Positions 48,834-57,710 of a DNA stretch of 64,000 nucleotides are shown piece after piece; positions within the stretch are counted from its first letter, which is position 1, and the number at the start of each line of letters is the position of its first letter. Made by a program: the position numbers and the translations under genes. The stretch comes from a bacterium (lineage in GTDB: Bacteria > RBG-13-61-14 > DATKZS01): positions 1,376,001 through 1,440,000 of the forward strand of contig CAXXFL010000001.1 in NCBI GenBank assembly GCA_963674965.2, read 5' to 3'. The notes under the pieces were generated by a model. The model worked only from the letters and a program-made list of their open reading frames with translations. It was not told the DNA's origin and ran no database searches.

Positions 48834-51653
48834 TTAGTTTTTACCCTTCGTCTTCCCGTTTATATCTATAGGCTTGACCAGGTTTTTCCAGAACTTCTTT
48901 CTTTTATCTTTTTTGGATTCCTCGGTTTTGGCCGGCTTCGGTTCCGGGGCGGCCGGTGGTTCCTTGGCTTTGGGCGGGGCCGAGTCCGTTTTACTGGCCG
49001 GCTCGGTCTCCGTTTTATTGGCGGCTTCTTTGGCGCCGCGTTTTTTCCTCGAGGTCTTCTTGGGCTTATTCTTTTCCTTCGGATCGGCCGTCAGCCACGG
49101 GTCGACAATCTCGACGTACTCGACGATGATTTCGTCGTCTCCGGCCTGGGCCGGTTCTTGATCGTTGTCGCTTTCGTCTCCATCGCCGGCCTTGGCCACG
49201 GCCTCGAGCACGGCCTTGTCCTCATCGTCGGTCTGGTCTTCGCCGTCTTTGTCCTTTTCCTCGTCGGCCTTGTCTTTATCCTCGTCCTTGACGTCTTCTT
49301 CCTCGGGCTTGGCGAAACCCCTGTATCGATAAGGCCGAGTGCCCTTGAGGAAACATTCCGTCACGCGGTATTGCACGACCGTCTCGCTGACTTTTTCCTT
49401 GCCGTCGTCTCCCTCGCTGGTAACCGTCCTCGAGGCCGCGCCCACCACCACGTTGGCCATATAAACGTCGTCGGGGGCCTCGAACCAGGTCTCGGGCTTG
49501 TCCTTTAAAGCCTCCTCCATGAAGTCAACCCAGATGGGAAGGGCCGCCCGGCCGCCGGTGGCCCCGCCCGAGATGGGCGAGAAGTCGTCCCTCCCGACCC
49601 AGACTCCCGTGACCAGCTCGGGAGTATAGCCTACGTACCAGGCGTCGCGGTAATCGCTGGTGGTGCCGGTCTTGCCCGCGCTTTTTCGCCCGATGCCTTG
49701 GGCGCGCCTGCCCGTCCCGTCGGACACGACGTAGGAAAGGGCGTGCGTCATCTGAAAGGCCTCGCCGGTGGAGATAACCCGCCGGGCCATGCCGCCGGGC
49801 CTTCCGTACACGACTTTTCCGTTTCGGTCCACGATGTGGGTTATTAAGAGGGGTTCCTGATAAATCCCGCCGGAGGCGAAGACCGAATAGGCGTTGGTCA
49901 GCTCGAGGAGGCTGACGCCGTAGCATCCCAGCGAGATGGACAGGACCTCGGGGAAATCCTCGTTCAGCCCGAACAGATGGGCCCGGTCGATAACTCTCTC
50001 GATGCCTATCTTGTAGGCCAGCCGGGCGGTGACCACGTTCCTCGAGTGCGTCAGGGCGTCGTGCAGGCTGGTGGCCCCGTAATGCCTCCTCGAATAGTTC
50101 TTGGGCCGCCAGTTGATCCCGTCCTTTTTGGCGAAGGCCGCGCCCGTGTCGAAGATGACGCTGGTGGGGTTCCATTTTCTCGTCGAGTAGGCGGCCGAGT
50201 AGACGAGGGGCTTCATGGCCGAGCCGGGCGGCCGCCTGCTTTGCGTGGCCCGGTTGAACTGGCTGCGGAAAAAGTCGTGGCCCCCAACCAGCGCCTTTAC
50301 CTGCCTGGTGGTGGGATCGACGCAGACGAGGGCGCCCTCCAGCTCGGGCGAGTGAACGGGCTCGAGCTCGAGGTAGTCGCCATTGGATATGACCCTGGCC
50401 TTAACCGCGGAGCCGATCGGTATTTCGCTCGACGACCTCCTCCTTCTAGACTTGCGCCAGGGCGTGTTCCTGACCTTCATTATGGCGTCACGCTCTCCGA
50501 CCTTCAGAAGAATTTTTCGTCTCGAGTAATCCGTTACAAGCGCGGTCACCTCGTCACCGGGCTCGAGGACTTTCTCGCCTATTTCGGATTCCATCCTGGC
50601 CAGGAAGACTTCCCGCTGGTCCTCGCCGATCTCCTCGAGGGCAACCTTCCAGCCCTGAAGGCCCCGGTCGTATCTCTCGATCCCTCTTTTCACGGAAAGC
50701 TCGGCCATCCTCTGGAGGTCCCGGTCGAGGCTGGTGTAAACGGTATAGCCGCCGCGCTTCATTTCATCCTCGCCGAGTATGTCGATCAGCCGCCGACGCA
50801 CCTCCTCGACGTAGTAAGGAGCGACGATCTCATTGCCAAAGGAAGAATGATTTATTACGATCTTTTCCTTCAGCGCCTCCTTGGCCTCGTCGGTGGTGAC
50901 GAAGCCGTGCTCCATCATCTGGCCCAAGACCCAACGCTGGCGGCTCTTGGCCCCCTCGAGGTTGTGGCGCGGAGAGAGACGAGAGGGACCCTGCACCAGG
51001 CCCGCCAGCATGGCCCCTTGCGCGAGAGATAAATCGCGAGCGGGTACGCCAAAGTAGGTATGGGCCGCCTCCTCGACGCCGTAGGCGCCCGAGCCAAGAT
51101 AGATGACGTTAAGATACTTGCATAGCACGGCGTCCTTGCTCATCTTGGACTCGAGATCGAGGGCGAGAAGGGCCTCGCGAATCTTGCGCTCGAAAGTCCG
51201 GTCCTGGCTGAGCATGACGTAGCGGACAAGCTGCTGGGTGATGGTCGAGCCGCCCTGCCTGATGCGGCCCTCCATGGCGTTGGCGTAGGCCGCGCGGGCG
51301 ATCCCCGGGAAGTCCAGACCCCCGTGTTTATAATACTCGGCGTCCTCCGCGGCGAGAAAGGCGTCAATCACGTGTTGGGGGATATCCTTCAAGTTGACGA
51401 TGCGGCGTCTTTCAGCGTAATACTCCGCTACAACTTCTCCATCCGCGTCGAGAATCTTCGTGGCGATGGCGGGATCGTATTTCTGAACCGCCGAAACGTC
51501 GGGCAGCTCGTCCATGATTTTCAACAGGGAGTTGCCGCCGGCCTCGACGGCCAGAATGGAAAGAAGCGCCGTAATGGAGAAAAATTGCCAGATTCTGGCC
51601 CTGCGTTTTCCCGTTTTCCGGGTGGGGCCATCGTTTACAACGACCGTCGTCAT
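48834..51653 (-). CDS. mrcA: Class A penicillin-binding protein 1A
   Basis: GT51 motifs AED, QGGSTITQQL, RKIRE; transpeptidase SAMK, SRN, KTG. Confidence 0.92.
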   Translation of the reverse strand: MTTVVVNDGPTRKTGKRRARIWQFFSITALLSILAVEAGGNSLLKIMDELPDVSAVQKYDPAIATKILDADGEVVAEYYAERRRIVNLKDIPQHVIDAFLAAEDAEYYKHGGLDFPGIARAAYANAMEGRIRQGGSTITQQLVRYVMLSQDRTFERKIREALLALDLESKMSKDAVLCKYLNVIYLGSGAYGVEEAAHTYFGVPARDLSLAQGAMLAGLVQGPSRLSPRHNLEGAKSRQRWVLGQMMEHGFVTTDEAKEALKEKIVINHSSFGNEIVAPYYVEEVRRRLIDILGEDEMKRGGYTVYTSLDRDLQRMAELSVKRGIERYDRGLQGWKVALEEIGEDQREVFLARMESEIGEKVLEPGDEVTALVTDYSRRKILLKVGERDAIMKVRNTPWRKSRRRRSSSEIPIGSAVKARVISNGDYLELEPVHSPELEGALVCVDPTTRQVKALVGGHDFFRSQFNRATQSRRPPGSAMKPLVYSAAYSTRKWNPTSVIFDTGAAFAKKDGINWRPKNYSRRHYGATSLHDALTHSRNVVTARLAYKIGIERVIDRAHLFGLNEDFPEVLSISLGCYGVSLLELTNAYSVFASGGIYQEPLLITHIVDRNGKVVYGRPGGMARRVISTGEAFQMTHALSYVVSDGTGRRAQGIGRKSAGKTGTTSDYRDAWYVGYTPELVTGVWVGRDDFSPISGGATGGRAALPIWVDFMEEALKDKPETWFEAPDDVYMANVVVGAASRTVTSEGDDGKEKVSETVVQYRVTECFLKGTRPYRYRGFAKPEEEDVKDEDKDKADEEKDKDGEDQTDDEDKAVLEAVAKAGDGDESDNDQEPAQAGDDEIIVEYVEIVDPWLTADPKEKNKPKKTSRKKRGAKEAANKTETEPASKTDSAPPKAKEPPAAPEPKPAKTEESKKDKRKKFWKNLVKPIDINGKTKGKN

Positions 51654-52233
51654 TTCATTTCCCTTGCCAAAAGTACCGTAAGTACTTAATAATAAACGCT
51701 CTCGCCTTATCGCGCGGGCGCTAGCCTTGCAAGATTCATCCGGAACTCGACGCGACCAACGAAGTATTCCGGACTATCGCGCCGATCGGCGAAAATATAG
51801 CCGCTCGGCGCCACCCTGTCAAGAAGCCAAATATTACACGTTTGAATACGGAGCGTTAGGAGTATTCTCCCGAGCGCCGCTCAACGTGTCCCTTTTTGCC
51901 GCCATGGCGGACCAAAAGGATTAAACCATTACTCTGAGTATTTTAGGAATGTGATAACGATCAAGAGCCGGCCGCGTGGGCAAATATGAGAGCCAGGAGC
52001 AAGCTGATAAGGGCAATGAGATTCGGCTTAATACTCAGTTACCCGTAATTTAATAAATTTTTTTCGGATTATCAAGAGCGAATCGTAAAATTAACTTCTT
52101 TTTGAAATTTTATTGGATTATCTTTACCAACTGCTTTACAATAGATGGAGCGGATTATTCAACTTTGCACATATCCGTATAATTCGCTCCGCTGGAAGCA
52201 GTACATCCAATTTAGCCAAGGAGTTTCAGGGCA

Positions 52234-53889
52234 ATGACCGATGGTAAGTATCCGGACTTTTTCGACGGTTGCGTGCGCTCCCATGAGGACGCGTTAAAAT
52301 TAATCGTAAAGAGTCACTCGAGCGTGGCCTCGGGCTTCGCTACCTCCGAGCCTCATTCATTTTACCACGCCCTCTGGGACCACATCGTAAAAGAAGACGT
52401 CGTAGATTTTTCCGTTGCCCAGGGGCTTTACATGGGTCCTCATAAAGTCTGCGTGGGAGACGCCCTCGCCGCCAGGGGAAAACTCAAAGGCTGGGACAAG
52501 AAGCTGTCCTTTTTTCCTCCCCTCGCGTCCGTTGCCAAGTCCATAAATCAGACCACCCAAAAGCTCGACGGGCTGGCTCGGCTCATCGGCCATTACGAGG
52601 AGATGAAGAAAAGAAGGATCAGGATGGTGAGCGGCTTTATGGGAGCGGCCACCAACATGGTAATCCCCGACAATCTCATCACGCGATTCAAGTATCCGGA
52701 CTACGCGGGCAGGAACACCTCGAGGTCCGGAATAACTGACATGCACTCGGTGCATTTTCCCGACGCGGTCTACTCTCTTGGTTTCGACGTTGACAAGGGG
52801 GCCAAAGTTGACGCCTTCGTGACGGTCATGACCCCTCCCGACGAAAAGGGCGACATGAGCCTGGGTCCGGCCAACGGGGCCAACTCGGACTTGATGGACC
52901 GACTTTTAAAGGACGACCGGATGAAGCTCCTGCTTTATCTCAATCCGAAGTATCCCTTTACGCGGGGACACCGGACCGCTCGGAACACCTTTAACGTTAA
53001 AGACTTCAAGGGCCTGGCCGATAGCGGCCGGCTGGTGGTGGTCGAGGACGAGGGCAAGGTCCCATCTTTGCCGGCGGGAAACTTCGACAATCCCAAACCC
53101 TCGGAACTGGCCATCGCCGAAAATCTCGTCAACCACATCGAGATGAACCTGGAGGTAATGAAGGGCCGGGCCATCCAGGTGGGCTTCGGTCAGACGGGAG
53201 TATTGGCCATCAGGAGGCTCAAGGACTCGAGTTGGACGGGTCGGGAATACTCGGAGATGCTCGAGCCTTTCACCTACGCTCTTTTCGAGGCGGGCAAGAT
53301 AGAGGGATCTCATTTTATTGAGGACGACGGAACGCGCACCCGGCTTGACGGAAAACTGGTGGGCACCTTCACTATCTGCGAGGAGGGCAGCGACTTTTAT
53401 AAAAAGATCGACCAAAACGACGACATCATCGTCGCGCCGTCCTCCCGCGTGGTAATCCCCGAGGGCTTCTACGGCGGCCTGGGAATCAACAACATCCTGG
53501 GTATCGACTTCCAGGGCCACGTCAACTCGGGAGGCCGTTATCAGAACCACCACTCGGGCATGGGCGGCGCGGCCATGATCAACCGGGGCCTGGCCAAGGG
53601 AGGCGTGGCTTACCTTTGCCTCAAGTCCACTCACGCCACGGTGGAAGGAAAGCGCCGGTCCTCGATCTTTCCCTTCATGCCCCTGGGGACCCCCGTTTCC
53701 CTGGTGGGTCCGGACGTGTGGGGCGGACGCGACGCCTCCCGCATGTACCTGGTCACGGAGCATGGCGTGGCGCGACTATCCGGCAAGTCCCAGTCCGATT
53801 ACATCAAGTCCATCATCTCGGTGGCCCATCCCGATTTCAGGGACTTTCTCAAAAAGAAGGCCTACAAGCTGTTCCGGGCCGCGATATGA
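52234..53889 (+). CDS. Acetyl-CoA hydrolase/transferase family protein (divergent)
   Basis: IQVGFG, YSEM, INN..IDFQG, HSGMGG, LVTEHGVARLSGKS, VAHPDFR. Confidence 0.75.
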   Translation: MTDGKYPDFFDGCVRSHEDALKLIVKSHSSVASGFATSEPHSFYHALWDHIVKEDVVDFSVAQGLYMGPHKVCVGDALAARGKLKGWDKKLSFFPPLASVAKSINQTTQKLDGLARLIGHYEEMKKRRIRMVSGFMGAATNMVIPDNLITRFKYPDYAGRNTSRSGITDMHSVHFPDAVYSLGFDVDKGAKVDAFVTVMTPPDEKGDMSLGPANGANSDLMDRLLKDDRMKLLLYLNPKYPFTRGHRTARNTFNVKDFKGLADSGRLVVVEDEGKVPSLPAGNFDNPKPSELAIAENLVNHIEMNLEVMKGRAIQVGFGQTGVLAIRRLKDSSWTGREYSEMLEPFTYALFEAGKIEGSHFIEDDGTRTRLDGKLVGTFTICEEGSDFYKKIDQNDDIIVAPSSRVVIPEGFYGGLGINNILGIDFQGHVNSGGRYQNHHSGMGGAAMINRGLAKGGVAYLCLKSTHATVEGKRRSSIFPFMPLGTPVSLVGPDVWGGRDASRMYLVTEHGVARLSGKSQSDYIKSIISVAHPDFRDFLKKKAYKLFRAAI

Positions 53890-53916
53890 TACTCCCCGCC
53901 CCCGGACGGCCCGCTT

Positions 53917-54981
53917 TTATTCCGTCTCTCCAAAGGGCTCGACAAGGACCTTGATCGAGTTGCCGGCGCCGGCCACCAGCATGAACCCTTTGCCCGCCTC
54001 CTCCAGGGGAAGGCAGTGGGTGATCATGTCCGCGACGGGCAAGCGCTTATACTGGATCAGCTCGATGGCCCGTTCAATATCGGTGGGAGCGCAGGCGTAA
54101 GAAGGCATAAGGGTGATGCCGTTACGCCAGAATTCCTGCACCGGAACGGGCAGGTGTACTCCCGGATCGGTGGGCGCGAAGAACATTACCGTTCCTCCCC
54201 GGTCGACCGACTTCAGGGCCTGCTCGAAGGCCGGGTAGGCGCCGGTGCAGATAATTACCAGGTCGGCCGGGCGGCCGCATATCTCGACCAGCCTGGCGGG
54301 CACGTCCTCATCCGCCTTGATCGTGGCCTCGGCCCCGAAACGCCTGGCCGCCTCGAGACGGTAGTCGTTCATGTCGGTGGCGACGATCATGCCCGCGCCC
54401 AACGCCTTGGCCAGGGCCACGTGAAGAAGACCCGACAGGCCGGCGCCCAAGACGAGAACGCTTATGCCGGGCCGAGTCTTCGCCAGCCTCTGGCCCCGAT
54501 ACACGCAGGCCAAGGGCTCGATGAACACGCCTTCCCGGTAGGTCATCGAGTCGGGAATCACGAACGTGCCCCGGTCAACGTTGATCTCGGGCACGCGAAG
54601 ATACTCGGCGAAGCCCCCCGGAAAAAAGTTGGTGGTATGAAGGGTCTCGCAAACCGTGTGGTGGCCGTTGACGCAGTAGTGGCAGGAGTTGCAGGGAACG
54701 TGATGGGACACGAACACGCGCTGGCCCACTTGATACTTATCCACCTTCGCGCCCGCGGCGACTATCTCCCCGGCGATCTCGTGGCCCAGCACCAGGGGAG
54801 CGCGTTTTATCCTGTACCATTCCATCACGTCGGAGCCGCAGATGCCGCTGGCCATGACCTTGACCAGCATCTCGTGCGGTCCGATCTCCGGCACGGGCAT
54901 GGTCTCGGTCCGCACGTCGGCGTTCCTGTAGTACATGGCCACTCGCATGTCCGATCCTGGCGCGGGAGCGGGACTGGTCAT
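53917..54981 (-). CDS. Zinc-dependent alcohol/sugar-alcohol dehydrogenase (MDR)
   Basis: GICGSD, LGHE, CNSCHYC..C, GAGLSG; AGGAGA RBS 7 nt upstream. Confidence 0.9.
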   Translation of the reverse strand: MTSPAPAPGSDMRVAMYYRNADVRTETMPVPEIGPHEMLVKVMASGICGSDVMEWYRIKRAPLVLGHEIAGEIVAAGAKVDKYQVGQRVFVSHHVPCNSCHYCVNGHHTVCETLHTTNFFPGGFAEYLRVPEINVDRGTFVIPDSMTYREGVFIEPLACVYRGQRLAKTRPGISVLVLGAGLSGLLHVALAKALGAGMIVATDMNDYRLEAARRFGAEATIKADEDVPARLVEICGRPADLVIICTGAYPAFEQALKSVDRGGTVMFFAPTDPGVHLPVPVQEFWRNGITLMPSYACAPTDIERAIELIQYKRLPVADMITHCLPLEEAGKGFMLVAGAGNSIKVLVEPFGETE

Positions 54982-55044
54982 AATAGTCTCTCCTATGATG
55001 GTTGTCTACCCAACCTTTTAAATTAGCTGAATTATTTTACAAAC

Positions 55045-56061
55045 TCAGCCTTTCGCTATTACTCCGTTCGGGAAGTCCTCCCAAATCAAGTTTTCCTGTA
55101 AAGTGATGTAAATGATCTTCAAAAATTTGCGAGCCAGCGCGATGATGGCCTTGCCCGCGCCGCGCCTGGCCTTGATACGCTCGTAGAAGCTCGACAAATA
55201 AGGGCTGTAACGCTTGGCGATGAGGGCGCATTGGACCAGGGTAGTGCGGCCGAGTTTGTTGCCCCGCTTCGTGATCCGGCCCGAGCGGCTGGTCTCGTTC
55301 GAGTTGCTAACCCGGGGGACGATGCCGAAGTAGGAGGCCAGCTTGCCCTCGTCGGGGAAGTCCTTGACGTCAACGATCACCGACAAAAGTATGGCCGAGC
55401 CAAGGTCCCCGATACCCTTTATGCTCTTCAAATTCTTGTGACCGGGAAGCTGATTGCCCGAGTCCTTGATGGCGGCCTCAAGCTCCTTGACCCCGGCGTT
55501 CAAGCCCCGAATCTGCTCCACCAGGACGCGGACCTCGGTCTTGACCATGGGGTCGAAAGGTATCTCCTGCACCGTCTCAAGGCCCTTCTCGCTGGAAAGA
55601 TATTCCTTCTTCAGGTTGATGCCGTGGGCCGAGCAGATGTTGTTGATCTTGTTCTTCAAGGCCGTGCGAAGCTTCACCAGCTTGTCCCGGCTTTGAGTGA
55701 GGCTTTTAACCTGAGCGTGTTCCTTGTTCGGCATCCTCACCTCCGGCAAAAGGCCCTTGGACAAAAACAGGGCAAGGCGTCTGGCGTCGTTGCCGTCCGT
55801 TTTGTTGACCGACTCGCTGATGACCTTGAACTGGCGAGGGTTGACAACCACGACGCGGGAAACGAGGCCGCGAACGGCGTCGTAAAAAAGGCGGACGTTG
55901 CCCGTGACCTCAACCGCGATCTCGTCGGACTCGCGAAGCGTCGAGCAAAACTTCTCCAAATCCTCGAGACGCCAGTCCTTGAGATAGTTCCGTCCGTTCT
56001 CGGCCAGGACGCAAGAGGTGAAACAATTCCTGTGCAGATCGATTCCAATGTACCTTCCCAT
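55045..56061 (-). CDS. IS110-family DEDD recombinase/transposase
   Basis: YIGIDLH, AVEVTG, KTDGNDA (DEDD); SIKGIG, FGIVPRVSNS catalytic-Ser region, RITKRGNK, KAIIALARK. Confidence 0.95.
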   Translation of the reverse strand: MGRYIGIDLHRNCFTSCVLAENGRNYLKDWRLEDLEKFCSTLRESDEIAVEVTGNVRLFYDAVRGLVSRVVVVNPRQFKVISESVNKTDGNDARRLALFLSKGLLPEVRMPNKEHAQVKSLTQSRDKLVKLRTALKNKINNICSAHGINLKKEYLSSEKGLETVQEIPFDPMVKTEVRVLVEQIRGLNAGVKELEAAIKDSGNQLPGHKNLKSIKGIGDLGSAILLSVIVDVKDFPDEGKLASYFGIVPRVSNSNETSRSGRITKRGNKLGRTTLVQCALIAKRYSPYLSSFYERIKARRGAGKAIIALARKFLKIIYITLQENLIWEDFPNGVIAKG

Positions 56062-56089
56062 TTCCTTACTCCTCCCTAGAAATAAATTT

Positions 56090-56250
56090 GATCTAAGGTC
56101 GGAGTAGACACGCTTTGAGGGGCCGCCAAACTCCTATACAAGGTCTAGCCTTACGGTGGCGCTCCAGTCGCGGGGCTGACTAATCTCCTTTACGAGGTCA
56201 TAAGCCTCACGAAAACGATCCAGCCCACGACCCGCCTACTCCAATAGATC
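56090..56250 (-). ncRNA. Putative IS110 bridge RNA
   Basis: Closing stem plus two hairpins with internal loops; G-U wobbles work only on the minus strand; loops contain AAAGGAGA (target match) and ATAGGAG (donor match). Confidence 0.75.
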
Positions 56251-56321
56251 ATTCCTAACCTAGTTGAAGTATTTACCACCTCAAAACTCTTCATTCATAC
56301 CATCTCCTTTTTATGCATAAT

Positions 56322-56345
56322 AAGGGGCGCCATCCCGCGCCCCTT
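56322..56345 (-). terminator. Stem-loop downstream of lsrF-like gene
   Basis: AAGGGGCGC-N6-GCGCCCCTT perfect 9-bp stem with a weak U tract. Confidence 0.55.
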
Positions 56346-56355
56346 GTCCGGTAGG

Positions 56356-57168
56356 TTATTTCGCCTTCTTTTCCTTCTTTTTATCGTTCTTGGCTTTAAG
56401 GTCCTTGAACATCTCGAGGGCCTCCTTTGGCGGCGTGTTCTTGTGCACCACCGAGCGGACGGCCTGGATCATGGCCACCGGGTCGGTCGATTGGAAAATG
56501 TTGCGTCCCATGTCGACTCCCACCGCGCCCTGCTGCACCGCGCTGTAGGCCATCTCGAGGGCTTCCTTTTCAGGTATCTTTTTGCCGCCCGCGATCACGA
56601 TGGGCACGGGGCAGGTATTGACCACCTTCTCGAACTCCTCGCAGTGATAGGTCTTGACGATGTGCGCGCCCAGCTCGGCCGCGATGCGGGAGGCCAGGGC
56701 AAGGTAGCGGGCGTCGCGGCCCATCTGTTTTCCCACCGCGGTCACGGCCACCACGGGTATGCCGTTTTCCTCGGCCTCGTTGATCAGGTTGGAAAGGCCA
56801 AGGAGGGTCTGCTTCTCGTTCTCAGCGCCCACGAAGATGCTAAGCGCCACGCCCGAGACGTTAAGCCGGATGGCCTCGCGCATGCTGGTGGTGATGCCCT
56901 CGTCGCTAAGCTCGCCCAGGACGCTCGAGCCCCCCGAGACCCTGAGCACGATGGGTATGTTGGTCTTGGCGTCCACCGAGGTTCGCAGCATGCCCCGGTT
57001 GAGCATGAGAGTGTCGGCGTAGGGCAAAAGCGGCTTGATGTTCTCTCCCAGCTTTTCGAGCCCGGTCGTCGGGCCAAGGAAGTAGCCGTGGTCGACGGCC
57101 AGCATTACGGTACGGTTAGTCTTCGGATTAATAATACTGTACAGACGGTTTTCCAGTCCCCAATCCAT
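56356..57168 (-). CDS. lsrF: LsrF-like class I aldolase/thiolase (DhnA family)
   Basis: MDWG start, [52 protein letters not shown]. Confidence 0.88.
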   Translation of the reverse strand: MDWGLENRLYSIINPKTNRTVMLAVDHGYFLGPTTGLEKLGENIKPLLPYADTLMLNRGMLRTSVDAKTNIPIVLRVSGGSSVLGELSDEGITTSMREAIRLNVSGVALSIFVGAENEKQTLLGLSNLINEAEENGIPVVAVTAVGKQMGRDARYLALASRIAAELGAHIVKTYHCEEFEKVVNTCPVPIVIAGGKKIPEKEALEMAYSAVQQGAVGVDMGRNIFQSTDPVAMIQAVRSVVHKNTPPKEALEMFKDLKAKNDKKKEKKAK

Positions 57169-57195
57169 CTCCACTCCTCCTGTTTTTTCCCCGGA

Positions 57196-57423
57196 TTAAT
57201 CTTTGGGTCGGACGATAAGATAGCCTTTTTCGATCAGCCAGTAATGAAAATCGTGAGTCGTGAAACGACAGTCGTCCTTGCAGATTTTGCGGACGTCTTC
57301 GTAGGAGTCCGAGCCGGGCTCCTCTTTATCCAGGTCCAACTGGACCGGGCATTTAACGTCCTTGCAAAACTCGCGGCGCTGATAGTCGACGTAACCGCTG
57401 ATCGACCCAGGTTTCTGTGTCAT
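57196..57423 (-). CDS. Small Cys/His-rich hypothetical protein
   Basis: C-x3-C...C-x3-C...H; co-oriented 27 nt upstream of lsrF. Confidence 0.75.
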   Translation of the reverse strand: MTQKPGSISGYVDYQRREFCKDVKCPVQLDLDKEEPGSDSYEDVRKICKDDCRFTTHDFHYWLIEKGYLIVRPKD

Positions 57424-57710
57424 ACCCCTTTTCCCCCAATGAAAGTCGAGTTCAGCCTATGTTATTCGCCGCCGTTTGTCAAGCGTTAAACGCGCGGCGG
57501 AAAATTCGAGAAAGACGGCGAAATCGCCGTTTGAACGGCCGTTACAATTTCCGCCCCTAACCCTCGAAAACTTACCGGCTTTTTCCAAAATAACCAACCT
57601 TTCATTTTCCGCTGGCCAAGAAAAACATATTTGATATACTTACGCTATCGCGGTCTTTGAATTGTCCTTTACTACCAGGCCGCGAAAATCCAAGCCAGAG
57701 GAGGCGATAA

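Larger units (their letters stand above)
54995..56308 (-). mobile_element. IS110-family insertion sequence, 1314 bp
   Basis: Transposase plus long structured upstream non-coding end; TCTCCT at both junctions (54989-54994 and 56303-56308); short subterminal IR ATGGT/ACCAT; removal restores a clean hairpin-RBS-ATG spacer. Confidence 0.85.
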
